A DNA stretch of 64,000 nucleotides, taken from positions 124,001 through 188,000 of the forward strand of contig OZ025781.1 in the NCBI GenBank assembly GCA_964019425.1, read 5' to 3'. Positions 34,329-46,588 of the stretch are shown here, in pieces (positions within the stretch are counted from its first letter, which is position 1; each line of letters opens with the position of its first letter). Both the position numbers and the translations under genes were made by a program. The stretch is from Flectonema sp. DT1601. Lineage: Eukaryota. The notes under the pieces are model-generated. The model was not told the DNA's origin. It worked only from the letters and a program-made list of their open reading frames with translations, and made no database searches.

Positions 34329-36813
34329 TTAGACAGTTCTGTCGGGATAATCTTCAAGTTCTTCGTCTTCTTGTTCCTGAGATGATGATTTCCTACAACA
34401 ACACATGTAAACAATAACAATAACAACTATTACGAATACGACAGAAAATATCGAAATCAGAAGTGTATTGCGAAGCTTCACATCGCTGTCATCACTGCTT
34501 TTCGCAGGTGCCGTAGAGACACCTGTCGCAGTACTTGTAGCTGTGGTCGCACTTGGTGAGAACACAATAGTACCTGGCACCTTGTAAGTTCCAGCCTCAA
34601 ATTCCACCCAATTAGTTGAAGCAGTCGAACTGAGTGCAGCAGTTTGCTGAAGTATCTGCAACTCTGTTGCAGCTGAGAATGGAGGCCAGAAAGGCAACAC
34701 ATGATCAGCATAAACAGGAAGAAATTCATCCGAAAGTGAAGTGCTCGGATCAGTGTAGAAAGCAGCTAAACTGAATGAAAGCGCGGCGTTAGTTCTCGTG
34801 ATTGGAGTCAGTGGCTTGTTCACGTTGTTCTTGGCGGCGGCAGCAACCCAAGATTTCCATTCCAAAAATGGTCCATTTGTAGCAGAACTTACTCTGTGCC
34901 TTTCTCCAGAAACACCACCAGCAGAGACTATTGTTACGGCCTTGGCCTTTCTAAGGAGCTTCACAGTATGCGAACAAGAACTACCACATCCTCCGAGTGA
35001 TATAACTTTGATGGTTGCGAATCCCTTCGTAGGTTGATTGAGTTGCTCATTCGCTGCAAAGGTACACTGAGCATATCTCGCTTCGTTTCTCACTTCAATC
35101 AGTGAGTCGGAGAGAGAAACAATCTTTGGAAGCACAAACACTTCAGGTGATCCAGCAGCCCTGCTCTTCTTCGGAGCGTTGTTAAAGAGAGCAATTAATT
35201 TAGCTTGTGCCTGCTGCTTGTTTGCTAAAAGGCTCGTTGTATAAGCTTTCCCCGTTAGAAACAAGCAACGCGTTGTAGTTTTCACCACCAACCACAGCAG
35301 ATTGTATCAAACTGATGTATCCCTTAGTGAAGTCAGTGAGGTGGTATTCAAAAGCACCCTTAGTGGAAGCAGCACTTGCAGGTGAGATACGGAAATCGCT
35401 ACTCGTCCTCGATGCGTTCCTCAGTCCTGCAGGGTATTGGAGCTTCGGTGTCAAGTACTCAATCGCCGTAGAATACAGTAGCTGAAGTCCACCACCGTTA
35501 CCACGGACGTCCAAAATCAATTCTGTGATTCTCGGGGAAAACGCAATCGCATAATCACTGCAAGCCTCAATAACTTTTAAAAACCTGAAGAAGACTTTAG
35601 CTTCATCACAACTCTGCAAGTTGGTAGTGTCACGGGCAAAAGATCCAATGTACAAGTACATTACTGGCTTTGCGTTGGTTTCGAATGAGCTGCACACAAT
35701 ATTCGGTTCATTGGTATTTTGTGGATATTGAGCAACTATCTTACCCTGATTCCAGAGATCTGAAGGAGCAAGCTGCTGAACTGATCTTTTGGACACGTGT
35801 TCCTGTTCCTTCTTTGCAGATGCAGCCTTGTCAGCCTTGTCAGCGTTGTGAAGATCTCTCGCAATGTCTGAAAGTGGATTAGGAGGAAGGTTAGGTCCGG
35901 AGTTCACTTCAGGACTTTTATGAATACCTGCCCTCTGATCAGCGATAGGAGGAATTGGTTTGTATGCCTCTCTGTTCTGCCTGATGTGAGTAATGTCGTT
36001 AGGGGTCACTGGTGCTTCCTGTACCTGAGCACCTCTCACAGTCGCTGCTGGACGGTTACCAGCAACTATGACAGCGGTTGTTAACTGTGGTTCTGCTCTT
36101 CCAGAGTAGATTGGAAGGGTGTGAGACTTACCAGCAACAGTTATTTGCATTGTGGTGGCCTGGTATCCAGATGAGGTTGAAGATATACCTGCAGCGGCTG
36201 GGTTCGTTAGATATTCATTAAGGTCTGCGCCATTAGACTTCGAAGTGCCGTTGTCACCAAGCAACTTTGATAAAGAGGCCACTGCTGGCTGTCCGTTGAT
36301 TGCAGTTACGACGTTGCCAACCTGAACACTGCTCCACGTCTGTCCCTGAGAATAGGCAGTGAAAAGTGCAAGGTGTCCACTGATGAAAATAACTTGCTGT
36401 CCGTTATCCATTCCGGCTCCGAATACAAAAGGAATAGATAACTCAGCAGAGTATCCCGATGGCAGAGTGTAAGAAGTATGCCCGTCTTGTAACTTTAAGA
36501 AGAGTTGAGCCATTGAAGCTTGAAATTGGAAATCACTATTCCACTGTTGAGTAGAGAACTGTTGAAGAGAACCCTTCAAGTTAACCTTTCCAATCACAGA
36601 TGGGTCTGTTGATAGAGCGATGTCAGTTCCTTGATAGAACTCAACCATCTCAAGCGCTGCTTTTGTCGCTTCCGTCACAGTTGCTTGATCCACCGGAACA
36701 GTGTTGTAACAGTCAAAGATTTCACTAGCTCTGTAGTAGTAAAAGTTATCTATCAGCCGCCCCTGCAAACTACATTGCGACACCACCAGCAGGTTTATCA
36801 TTGAGAGTAACAT
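34329..36813 (-). pseudogene. S41 peptidase copy B, frameshifted
   Basis: Split into ORFs 35200-36978 and 34329-35291; 5-bp deletion near 35224 relative to copy C (cttgtttg-----ct vs cttgtttgttttgct). Confidence 0.85.
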
Positions 36814-37368
36814 TTTATTTAGAAAACTGATGATGAGAAGTTGTGGATTCATCGTATTGACTGGATGGGTAACTATTTGTGGTATCGACTTAGTACGAAT
36901 ATCTGTGTTGATGTCCTGGAAAAGAAAAGTATCAATCAATTTAGTGACTAACATTAAAAACCCAACACAGCCCAGCAAGTAGCTGTCGGGATAACGGAGT
37001 TAGTTGTTCAACGCCTGGGCTCCCTGTTGAGGGAGGAAAGACAAGAAGAGGATTACAGTAATGTTTATTTTATTTTTTTCAAATATTATTGACATAAAGG
37101 GATTCTTCTTGTCTAGTCAGTTTCAGAGAAGACGATGACAGGATACTCAACAGAATTATTCTATTCGTCGAAAGACCCTTTGAAAATATATATTTCCCAG
37201 AATGAATTAATATGAACAATAAAATAAAATAAGATGTTCAATACAATAAGCCGAAGAGAGCAGATGGAAGTAACTTATATTGTCTTGCCGTGGTACTAAA
37301 CACAGCAACCTCGTCAGAGAGAGGGAAAAAAAAAAAAAAAAGAACATAACAGCTTTTCACCAAAATAA

Positions 37369-37489
37369 TTTTTTTTTTTTTTTTTTTGGCAAAATACAAA
37401 CTGATGACTACGAGGGGTCTGGGTAGCCCGCATCAGTAAGGACCCAATCGCGAAGATTGTAGTTTCATAGTATCGGCTGGAAGTGATCG
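37369..37489 (-). mobile_element. SINE-like poly(A)-tailed structured repeat, 5'-truncated copy (others at 44437-44610 and 50110-50280)
   Basis: Three near-identical copies of caaaat(ac)aaactgatgactacgaggggtctgggtagcccgcatcagtaaggacccaat, each next to a poly(T) run (poly(A) on minus). Confidence 0.55.
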
Positions 37490-38070
37490 TAAAATAAATA
37501 ATTTCAAGTAATGTATAGAAGTGGTTACAGAACAGATGAATGAAAATATTAATTTTGACGATTTAAGAAATAAAAAAGGAAAATCAACAACTGACTTTCC
37601 TGCACCACAAAAGAACACAATATCCACACAACAGTTGCCTACCATACGCACTGATACCTGTTCGAAGATATCAGGGGAGGGGTGACTCTGATGGCAACAT
37701 TGATGGGAAACAATAAGGTAGAATCACAAAAAAAACAATCGAGTTTGGTTTCATTTCGCCAAGTTGTGATTACGCGAAATGCGAAGAAATCCGAATTTCG
37801 TTATAATTTTCGACATCACAATGGATAGTTACCATTCCCAACCCCAACTACCATTATAAGATAACATTTAAGAACAAAAAAAAAAAAAAAGAATCGGCAA
37901 ACTTCACTTTTTTACTTACTCACTCACACTTTTCTTTTGTTTGTGCGCAAACGGTAGAAAATCCTAATAAAAGAATAGGTAGCTACGCTGCCACAATTCT
38001 CTTTCTACCGAACAATGGGCTTGTAGGTACAAAAAAAAATTCCAATTTCCTTATAACTAGGACAATAATA

Positions 38071-40560
38071 TTAGACAGTTCTGTCGGGATAATCTTCAAG
38101 TTCTTCGTCTTCTTGTTCCTGAGATGATGATTTCCTACAACAACATATGTAAACAATAACAATAACAACTATTACGAATACGACAGAAAATATCGAAATC
38201 AGAAGTGTATTGCGAAGCTTCACATCGCTGTCATCACTGCTTTTCGCAGGTGCCGTAGAGACACCTGTCGCAGTACTTGTAGCTGTGGTCGCACTTGGTG
38301 AGAACACAATAGTACCTGGCACCTTGTAAGTTCCAGCCTCAAATTCCACCCAATTAGTTGAAGCAGTCGAACTGAGTGCAGCAGTTTGCTGAAGTATCTG
38401 CAACTCTGTTGCAGCTGAGAATGGAGGCCAGAAAGGCAACACATGATCAGCATAAACAGGAAGAAATTCATCCGAAAGAGACGTGCTTGAATCAGTGTAG
38501 AAAGCAGCTAAACTGAATGAAAGCGCGGCGTTAGTTCTCGTGATTGGAGTCAGCTTTTTGTTCACGTTGTTCTTGGCGGCGGTAGCAACCCAAGATTTCC
38601 ATTCCAAAAATGGTCCATTTGTAGCAGAACTTACTCTGTGCCTTTCTCCAGAAACACCACCAGCAGAGACTATTGTTACGGCCTTGGCCTTTCTAAGGAG
38701 CTTCACAGTATGCGAACAAGAACTACCACATGCTCCGAGTGATATAACTTTGATGGTTGCGAATCCCTTCGTAGGTTGATTGAGTTGTTCATTCGCTGCA
38801 AAGGTACACTGAGCATATCTCGCTTCGTTTCTCACTTCAATCAGTGAGTCGGAGAGAGAAACAATCTTAGGAAGCACGTACACTTCAGGTGATCCAGCAG
38901 CCCTGCTCTTCTTCGGAGGGTTGTTAAAGAGAGCAATTAATTTAGCTTGTGCCTGCTGCTTGTTTGTTTTGCTCAAAGGTTCGTTGTATAAGCTTTCCCC
39001 GTTAGAAACAAGCAACGCGTTGTAGTTTTCACCACCAACTGCAACAGATTGTATCAAACTGATGTATCCCTTAGTGAAGTCAGTGAGGTGGAACTCCAAA
39101 GCACCCTTAGCAGCAGCAGCACTTGCAGGTGAGATACGGAAATCGCTTCTCGTCCTCGATGCGTTCCTGAGTCCTGCAGGGTATTGGAGCTTCGGAGTCA
39201 AGTACTCAATCGCCGCAGCGTACAAAACCTGAAATCCTCCACCGTTACCACGGACGTCCAGGATCAATTCTGTGATTCTCGGGGAAAACGCAATCGCATA
39301 ATCATTGCAAGCCTCAATAACTTTTAGAAATCTGAAGAAGACTTTAGCTTCATCACAACTCTGCAAGTTGGTAGCGTCAGGGGCAAAAGATCCAATGTAC
39401 AAGTACATTACTGGATTTGCGTTGGTTTCGAAAGAGCTGCACACAATATTCGGTTCATTGGTATTTTGTGGATATTGAGCAACTATCTTACCCTGATTCC
39501 AGAGATCTGAAGGAGCAAGCTGCTGAACTGATCTTTTGGACACGCGTTCCTGTTCCTTCTTTGCAGATGCAGCCTTGTCAGCCTTGTCAGCGTTGTGAAG
39601 ATCTCTCGCAATGTCTGAAAGTGGATTAGGAGGAAGGTTAGGTCCGGAGTTCACTTCAGGACTTTTATGAATACCTGCCCTCTGATCAGCGATAGGAGGA
39701 ATTGGTTTATATGCCTCTCTGTTCTGCCTGATGTGAGTAATGTCGTTAGGGGTCACTGGTGCTTCCTGTACCTGAGCACCTCTTGCAGTCGCTGCTGGAC
39801 GGTTACCAGCAACTATGACAGCGGTTGTTAACTGTGGTTCTGCTCTTCCAGAGTAGATTGGAAGGGTGTGAGACGTACCAGCAACAGTTATTTGCATTGT
39901 GGTGGCCTGGTATCCAGATGTAGTTGAAGATATACCTGCAGCGGCTGGGTTCGTTAGATATTCATTAAGGTCTGCACCATTAGACTTCGAAGTGCCGTTG
40001 TCACCAAGCAACTTTGATAAATAGGCCACTGCTGGCTGTCCGTTGATTGCAGTTACGACGTTGCCAACCTGAACACTGCTCCACGTCTGTCCCTGAGAAT
40101 AGGCAGTGAAAAGGACATGGCGTTCCCTGATGAAAATAACTTGCTGTCCGTTATCCATTCCGGCTCCGAATACAAAAGGAATAGATAACTCAGCAGAGTA
40201 TCCCGATGGCAGAGTGTAAGAAGTATGCCCGTCTTGCAACTTTAAGAAGAGTTGAGCCATTGAAGCTTGAAATTGGAAATCACTATTCCACTGTTGAGTA
40301 GAGAACTGTTGAAGAGAACCCTTCAAGTTAACCTTTCCAATCACAGATGGGTCTGTTGATAGAGCGATGTCAGTTCCATGGTAAAACTCAACCATCTCAA
40401 GCGCTGCTTTTGTCGCTTCCGTCACAGTTGCTTGATCCACCGGAACAGTGTTGTAACAGTCAAAGATTTCACTAGCTCTGTAGTAGTAAAAGTTATCTAT
40501 CAGCCGCCCCTGCAAATTACATTGCGACACCGCCAGCAGGTTTATCATTGAGAGTAACAT
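38071..40560 (-). CDS. S41 peptidase copy C
   Basis: Same motifs as copy A (DGHT, DVRGNGGG, GACGSSCS, TM, CCC); intact frame. Confidence 0.85.
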   Translation of the reverse strand: MLLSMINLLAVSQCNLQGRLIDNFYYYRASEIFDCYNTVPVDQATVTEATKAALEMVEFYHGTDIALSTDPSVIGKVNLKGSLQQFSTQQWNSDFQFQASMAQLFLKLQDGHTSYTLPSGYSAELSIPFVFGAGMDNGQQVIFIRERHVLFTAYSQGQTWSSVQVGNVVTAINGQPAVAYLSKLLGDNGTSKSNGADLNEYLTNPAAAGISSTTSGYQATTMQITVAGTSHTLPIYSGRAEPQLTTAVIVAGNRPAATARGAQVQEAPVTPNDITHIRQNREAYKPIPPIADQRAGIHKSPEVNSGPNLPPNPLSDIARDLHNADKADKAASAKKEQERVSKRSVQQLAPSDLWNQGKIVAQYPQNTNEPNIVCSSFETNANPVMYLYIGSFAPDATNLQSCDEAKVFFRFLKVIEACNDYAIAFSPRITELILDVRGNGGGFQVLYAAAIEYLTPKLQYPAGLRNASRTRSDFRISPASAAAAKGALEFHLTDFTKGYISLIQSVAVGGENYNALLVSNGESLYNEPLSKTNKQQAQAKLIALFNNPPKKSRAAGSPEVYVLPKIVSLSDSLIEVRNEARYAQCTFAANEQLNQPTKGFATIKVISLGACGSSCSHTVKLLRKAKAVTIVSAGGVSGERHRVSSATNGPFLEWKSWVATAAKNNVNKKLTPITRTNAALSFSLAAFYTDSSTSLSDEFLPVYADHVLPFWPPFSAATELQILQQTAALSSTASTNWVEFEAGTYKVPGTIVFSPSATTATSTATGVSTAPAKSSDDSDVKLRNTLLISIFSVVFVIVVIVIVYICCCRKSSSQEQEDEELEDYPDRTV

Positions 40561-43500
40561 TTTATTTGAAGAACTGTTTAATAAAATACAGTAACAGTTC
40601 ACAACATTCACAGATGTGTATTAATTACTTCAGACATCCATCCAAATCGTACGAATATCTGTGTTGATGTTCTGGAAAAGGAAAGTATCAATCAATTTAG
40701 TGACTAACATTAAAAAACCAACACAGCCCAGCAGGTAGCTGTCGGGATAACGGAGTTAGTTGTTCAACGCCTGGGCTCCCTGTTGAGGGAAGTCATCCGG
40801 CAATCGAGTTGTTTACTTGCATCCTTTACGGTATGAAGTCGCTTGAACGATATAAAAAATATTTATAAAAAAAAGAATCCAGCAATGTTTTATTCACTTT
40901 CCCCCCCACTCGTAGTATTTATAAGACTACCAAGTGTACGATGGGCAATGAGCTGAAAGTGTCCAATCCCAGGAGACGGTTCAAAAAGTTCTCAAAGAAG
41001 TTTAGTTTTGTTTTCCTGCTTGTGATGTCATTCTCAGATATCCATTTCATTTCCGTTGACAGCACCTTTTATAATTCACAAGAGAGGAGCAAAAGAAAGA
41101 AAGCAAGAAACACGAAAGTCGCAGCTTTTCAATTTTCTTTTTCCCCCTCTGCCCTCAGTTTCTTATAAAAAACAGACTCAGAAGATATCGGAGAAGACGA
41201 CAAGCTTTGACCTTCTTCAGGTACCCAAAAAATAGAAGGGATTTTGTTTTCTCCGTATCGTTTTTTCTTCTTCCTATTTTTGTTTTTTTTTTCCTTTCGA
41301 GGTGCAAGTTACTTCATCCGACGACAACTTGTATGATAGTGAACGTGTTCAATCCCAGGCGACGGTTCAAAAGGTATTCACGGCAATTCAGTACTGGTTC
41401 CCTGCTTGTGATGTCATTCTCAGACATCTATTTCTTTTCTGTTGACAGTTCCCTTAAGAGAGGAGCAAAAGAAAGAAAGCAAAAAAGGTTTCAGAAAAAC
41501 ACGAAAGTCGCAGCTTTTCAAAAAAAGAAAAAGAAAATTCCCTCTCCCCTCAGTTTGTTATAAAAAACAGACTCAGAAAATATCGGAGAAGACGACAAGC
41601 TTTGACCTTCTTCAGGTACCTAAAAAAGAAAAGGATTTTGTTTTCTCCGTATCTTTTTTCTTCTTCCTCCTTTTTTTGTTCTTTTTTTTCCTTTCGAGGT
41701 GCAAGTTACTTCATCTGACGACTACTTGTACCATGGGCAATGAGCTGAACGTGTTCAATCCCAGGCGACGGTTCAAAAGGTATTCACGGAAATTCAGTAC
41801 TGGTTCCCTGCTTGTGATGTCATTCTCAGACATCTATTTCTTTTCTGTTGACAGTTCCCTTAAGAGAGGAGCAAAAGAAAGAAAGCAAAAAAGGTTTCAG
41901 AAAAACACGAAAATGAAAACAACAACTGTTGTACGGTTCCCAAAGTTGCCGATAGCAGCAGTTTTTCATGTCTTTTTCCCCTCCTCTGCCCTCAATTATT
42001 TTTGTTTTGTGTTCCACTAACTACTGACTACTATGCTGGCAAGTGCCAAGCTAATGAAATTATAGCAATAAAGGACAGACAGAGAGTAACCTCCCATCTA
42101 ACCGTTGTTCTATACGCAAGTTAATGGTCTAGAATAGTAGAGAAACTAAAATGCGCGTCATCTCCCGGATTACTACTTCTTATTTTAAATGAATATGCTA
42201 CCACACTGTTAGCAACATTATCTGTTGTTTGTGAGGACACAACTTCCGACAAGTTTTGAGACTTCGGGTGATTACTAAGATGTGGAATAGACAGGAATTG
42301 GTGTTTCTGTTATCTGTTGTAGGCTGTGTAATTACAGCTGTGGGAATAGTATTTTTAGCATAATAAAGTTTGTTGAGTTTTTTTTTTTTTTTTTTTTTTG
42401 AGAGTTAACAAGAATGTGCATTGCTGTTCTCTCTTTGAAATCTTAATACAGCCGCACTGAGAAAGATTCACAAGAGAACAGTTAGAATATGAGTTTTGTT
42501 ATATTAGTCAGTATTAGCTATATTAGAGGAGAGTTATCACAAATAAATAAATAATCAAAATAAAATAAATAATTCATTAGGACTACACTCCTTACCCATC
42601 CCTCTTCAGCGAAAGAGAGCAAGGAGGACACTGCGGTATCAGACCTGTCCTACTCATCGTGTTTGCCCTTCTCAGCAAATGGACTGAATATGGAGTTTGT
42701 TATATTACTTTGTTAGTAACAAAAAGACGTGTCGAATGATCTGAAGAGAGGGAGGATGGGAATCATTCATGTTATTGTATTCTTCCTACTGCGGTACTAG
42801 ATAAGATTGATAAGGAAGTCCAATACACCGCATACTCTGCATCGCCAGCAAACTAAAGAGAGCATCGGGTTAACTCTCCAGAGCCACGAGGACAACAGCA
42901 ACGTAATTAGACCTCATCTTATTAGGATGGTTTTATTATAGCTTCGGCTGACGGGGCATAATGAACACAGTATGCCTATTGTCAGCTTTCCACCTTGTCC
43001 GACTGTTGTCAGAAAATGATATGAGGATAACTATAGAGGGGAAAAAAAAAAAGAAAAAAAAGAAGAAAAAAAAAAACTAACTGCGGTGTCCAACAGAATA
43101 TAAAAAAACACAATAACAACTGGTTACTAAATAAGGAATAATTTCCAACTTTAATAATAAATAACAACGAAATTCAAAAGAGGTACAGCAGGTACAGCAT
43201 CTACAACGGTTGCCTTAGAAGTCAGTCTTTTTTTCAAACGACTAAACATAAGAAACGCTGATACTTGTTCGATGCGGGAAAGCTGAATTTTATTTTCATT
43301 TTCCGCATCACAACTGAAAGCTACCGTTCCCCACCTCCACAAATATAATATTCGGAAGTAGATTACTTTTAATAAACTAATTCAAAATTACTTTTTTTCC
43401 GGGAACGGGAGAACAATTAAAGAAAAACAGGAAAATTTAAAATGATTAAGCTCAAAGCAAGGAACAACTAGAAACAGATATATCTACAACAAGTCATAAT

Positions 43501-43607
43501 AAAACAATAATTGTTTCACATGAGATAGATAGAGAGAGAAGAAAAAAGAGGGGTAGAGAGAATAATAAATTCAAGAAAATAAACACAAAAAGATTAAGCA
43601 ATAAATA

Positions 43608-44428
43608 TTAGACAGTTCTGCCGGGATGATCTTCAAGTTCAACGTCTTTCTGTTCTTCTTCAGATGATGATTTCCTACAACAACACATGTAAACAATAAC
43701 AATAACAACTATTACGAATACGACAGAAAATATCGAAATCAGAAGTGTATTGCGAAGCTTCACATCGCTGTCATCACTGCTTTTCGCAGGTGCCGTAGAG
43801 ACACCTGTCGCAGTACTTGTAGCTGTGGTCGCACTTGGTGAAAACACAACGGTACCTGGCACCTTGTAAGTACCAGCCTCAAATTCCACCCAATTAGTTG
43901 AAGCAGTCGAACTGAGTGCAGCAGTTTGCTGAAGTATCTGCAACTCTGTTGCAGCTGAGAATGGAGGCCAGAAAGGCAACACATGATCAGCATAAACAGG
44001 AAGAAATTCATCCGAAAGAGACGTGCTTGAATCAGTGTAGAAAGCAGCTAAACTGAATGTCAGCGCGGCGTTAGTTCTCGTGATTGGAGTCAGTGGTTTG
44101 TTTACGTTGTTGTTGGCAGCGGTAGCGACCCAAGATTTCCATTCCAAAAATGGTCCATTTGTAGCAGAACTTACTCTGTGCCTTTCTCCAGAAACACCAC
44201 CAGCAGAGACAATTGTTACGGCCTTGGCCTTCCTAAGGAGCTTCACAGTATGAGAACAAGAACTTCCACATCCTCCGAGTGATATAACTTTGATGGTTGC
44301 GAATCCCTTCGTAGGTTGATTGAGTTGTTCATTCGCTGCAAAGGTACACTGAGCATATCTCGCTTCGTTTCTCACTTCAATCAGTGAGTCGGAGAGAGAA
44401 ACAATCTTAGGAAGCACGTACACTTCAA
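43608..44428 (-). pseudogene. S41 peptidase C-terminal fragment (copy F), 5'-truncated
   Basis: Homology to the other copies stops at ~44428, next to the poly(A) of the SINE-like repeat; no signal peptide or His motif. Confidence 0.85.
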
Positions 44429-44639
44429 TACAATCTTTTTTTTTTTTTTTTTTTTTTTAGCAAAATACAAACTGATGACTACGAGGGGTCTGGGTAGCCC
44501 GCATCAGTAAGGACCCAATAGCGAAGATTGTAGGTTCATAGTATTGGCTGGAAGTGATCGACTTCCAGCCTCCACCTTGCCCAGAGGCTAACAGGTTGTA
44601 AACAACTAAAAAAAATAAAAGATAAATGATCTGGGAGTG

Positions 44640-45380
44640 GGGGGAAGGTGAAAAAAATAAAAAATCTTCTTTCTTTCATCTTTCTTTATAATACGACCAT
44701 ATGTGCCATATGCCCACACTCCACGAAAGAAAATAGAAAACCCCGTAACAGTACCGAGGATCGTTCACCCCCAGTTGTCCAAAGCATTACAATTGTACTG
44801 CGGGCTTACCGAAAAGCTTTAGAAAAGTACCACAAAAAAATTGGGCAGCACATAGCCATATCGCTCAGCAAGAAATGAAAATCAAAAGGATCAGGTAAGA
44901 TGACAGTCAGTTTAAGGTCATAACTGCGCCGGACAAATGCCGGACTTTCATTGGGAGGAAAGAGAAGGGAGTAATAACTAAAAATGAAAAAAAAAAAATA
45001 CTAAAATTAAAATATCTTTTAGATTCCTTTATCTAAAACCATTTCATTCATGAAATAATCACATATGTGTAATAAAGCCATTCACCTCCCAAAGTATTAA
45101 TACCGTAGTAAAGAGCCTATAAAATAAGAACCACACAAATAACTATAACAATCTGTAAGGAACAGAATCAAAAGGAATCTTAAATGAGACCACGCAGTCT
45201 TAACTGCTCCGGACCTCGACCTCGACCGGAAATGGGAATTAAAAAAAAAAAAAAAATGAAATCAGTACCAATTTTAGGCACTATCTACTAGAATGGTAAA
45301 AGGTAAAAAAAAAACTATATATTTCGTAGTTGTTAATCAAAAGAAAAAAAAAAGGTACATTTAAAAAACACACAACAGGG
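44640..45380. repeat. Dispersed repeat module (also ~50370-50930 and ~63660-64000)
   Basis: Shared cagtaccgaggatcgttcacccccagttgtcc (first two copies) and gaatcaaaaggaatctta...ctgctccggacctcga...ggaaatgggaatt (all three). Confidence 0.8.
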
Positions 45381-45673
45381 CAATTTATTATGTTTTCATC
45401 AACGAGAAGGAAAAACTTTGTTAGCTATTTAATCCAAACGTTGCTGTATATAATGAGTACTAATACAAGAAGACCCAATCTGTAACCGTCTCAAATGACT
45501 GTTTGGACTGTTGAAGTAGCCTCAACTGAAGGGAAGCTTCAACTTTATATAGAAAATTAAAGAACAACAAATTCTAGCCTTCCATCCTTGACCAAGCTTA
45601 ACAACCTATTTAAATAAAGAACAAAGTGAACCGAAATTTGAAAAATAAAATAAATACATAAATAAGATAAAAG

Positions 45674-45900
45674 TCAATACTGACAGAACACACGAAGAGC
45701 GTTGACGATTAACTCTTGTTCGGTAACAGCCTCGTCTTCTTTTGCTTTGAACCATGCAGACTCGATCCGAGTATAATTAGAAGACATGACTTCTTCTATA
45801 CACTTTGAATCAAGGGAATGAACGGTTAAATATTCAAAAAGTCGTTGTCGAGGGAGGCTCCTGAAGTCTTTCAAGAGCGTTACCAGAGTCAATTGACTAT
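45674..45900 (-). pseudogene. Degenerate remnant of the LINE C-terminal ORF at 62163-62903 (third remnant ~51055-51275)
   Basis: QLTLVTLLKDFRSLPRQRLFEYLTVHSLDSKCIEEV...YTRIESAWF aligns with QLALISLLNDLRSL...PRQRLVKYLSVHS...LDSKCKEEV...FSRIDPVWF; flank 45420-45660 resembles 61890-62070. Confidence 0.7.
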
Positions 45901-46181
45901 ATATCACTAAGTATGTTGTGTTGATATTGATTGAAGTCATCATACACGTGAGAACTTCTCAATTAGGTTAACAGAGCTTGTTGCATGTTCTGTAACACAT
46001 CTGTAACCGAGAATCAAGAAAGCATCATTCCCACACGAAATGATAAATACCTTCCTTATCTTAACAGACAAACACGGTTAAGTCACCAACGTATAACAGC
46101 TTCAGATTGGTATTTGTGATAGTTTCCGGCAATGAGTATACACATACTCAAAACAAGAGTGTCACACGGCTAGAAAGGAAG

Positions 46182-46310
46182 TTACCAATCCACTTGACAT
46201 ATGGGACATATGGGATGAGTATTGAGAGCCTGCTCATTCGAATATGTTGGTCCGCATTACTAAAAGCTCGTGAGATGTCGAAGAATATCACAGTTACATA
46301 TAATAATGCA
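46182..46310 (-). pseudogene. Degenerate RING-finger remnant
   Basis: In one frame: CIIICNCDILRHLTSF**CGPTYSNEQALNTHPICPICQVDW*; RING-like spacing with two stops and missing ligands. Confidence 0.35.
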
Positions 46311-46588
46311 CACTATCACTATCTCGACACACAATAAAGAGACATTAAAGTACGCGACTCGAAACAAACTTTTATTCGAACCTCGCAGCGAACATGCAAA
46401 AACGGGAAAGAAAAAGAATGATCGGAAAAGATGAAACTGCTTTAGCATTTTGAGTATAGTGACGACGACGGGGAAGGAACTCATTCTCCGATCTGCAGAG
46501 GTAACTTGATACTAATATTAAATGGAAAGCAACTTGAAGCTGGCTAAAACGAGAATAGGGTTCAGCGATCTGCAGGGAGGGAAAGCAT

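Noticed and set aside
37395..37475. Hammerhead, HDV-like ribozyme or box C/D snoRNA in the SINE-like repeat
   Set aside because: Minus strand has GAAACUAC...GUAGUC but the core reads CUGAUGC and stems I/II do not pair; plus-strand CUGAUGA is followed by UUUC, not GAAA; HDV elements are out of order; no convincing terminal box D.
26967..42020. Plus-strand ORFs MGNELNVSNPRR... in the ~390-bp repeat, and antisense ORFs over real genes
   Set aside because: Frames are not conserved between copies, no domain is recognisable, and they oppose the cluster orientation.
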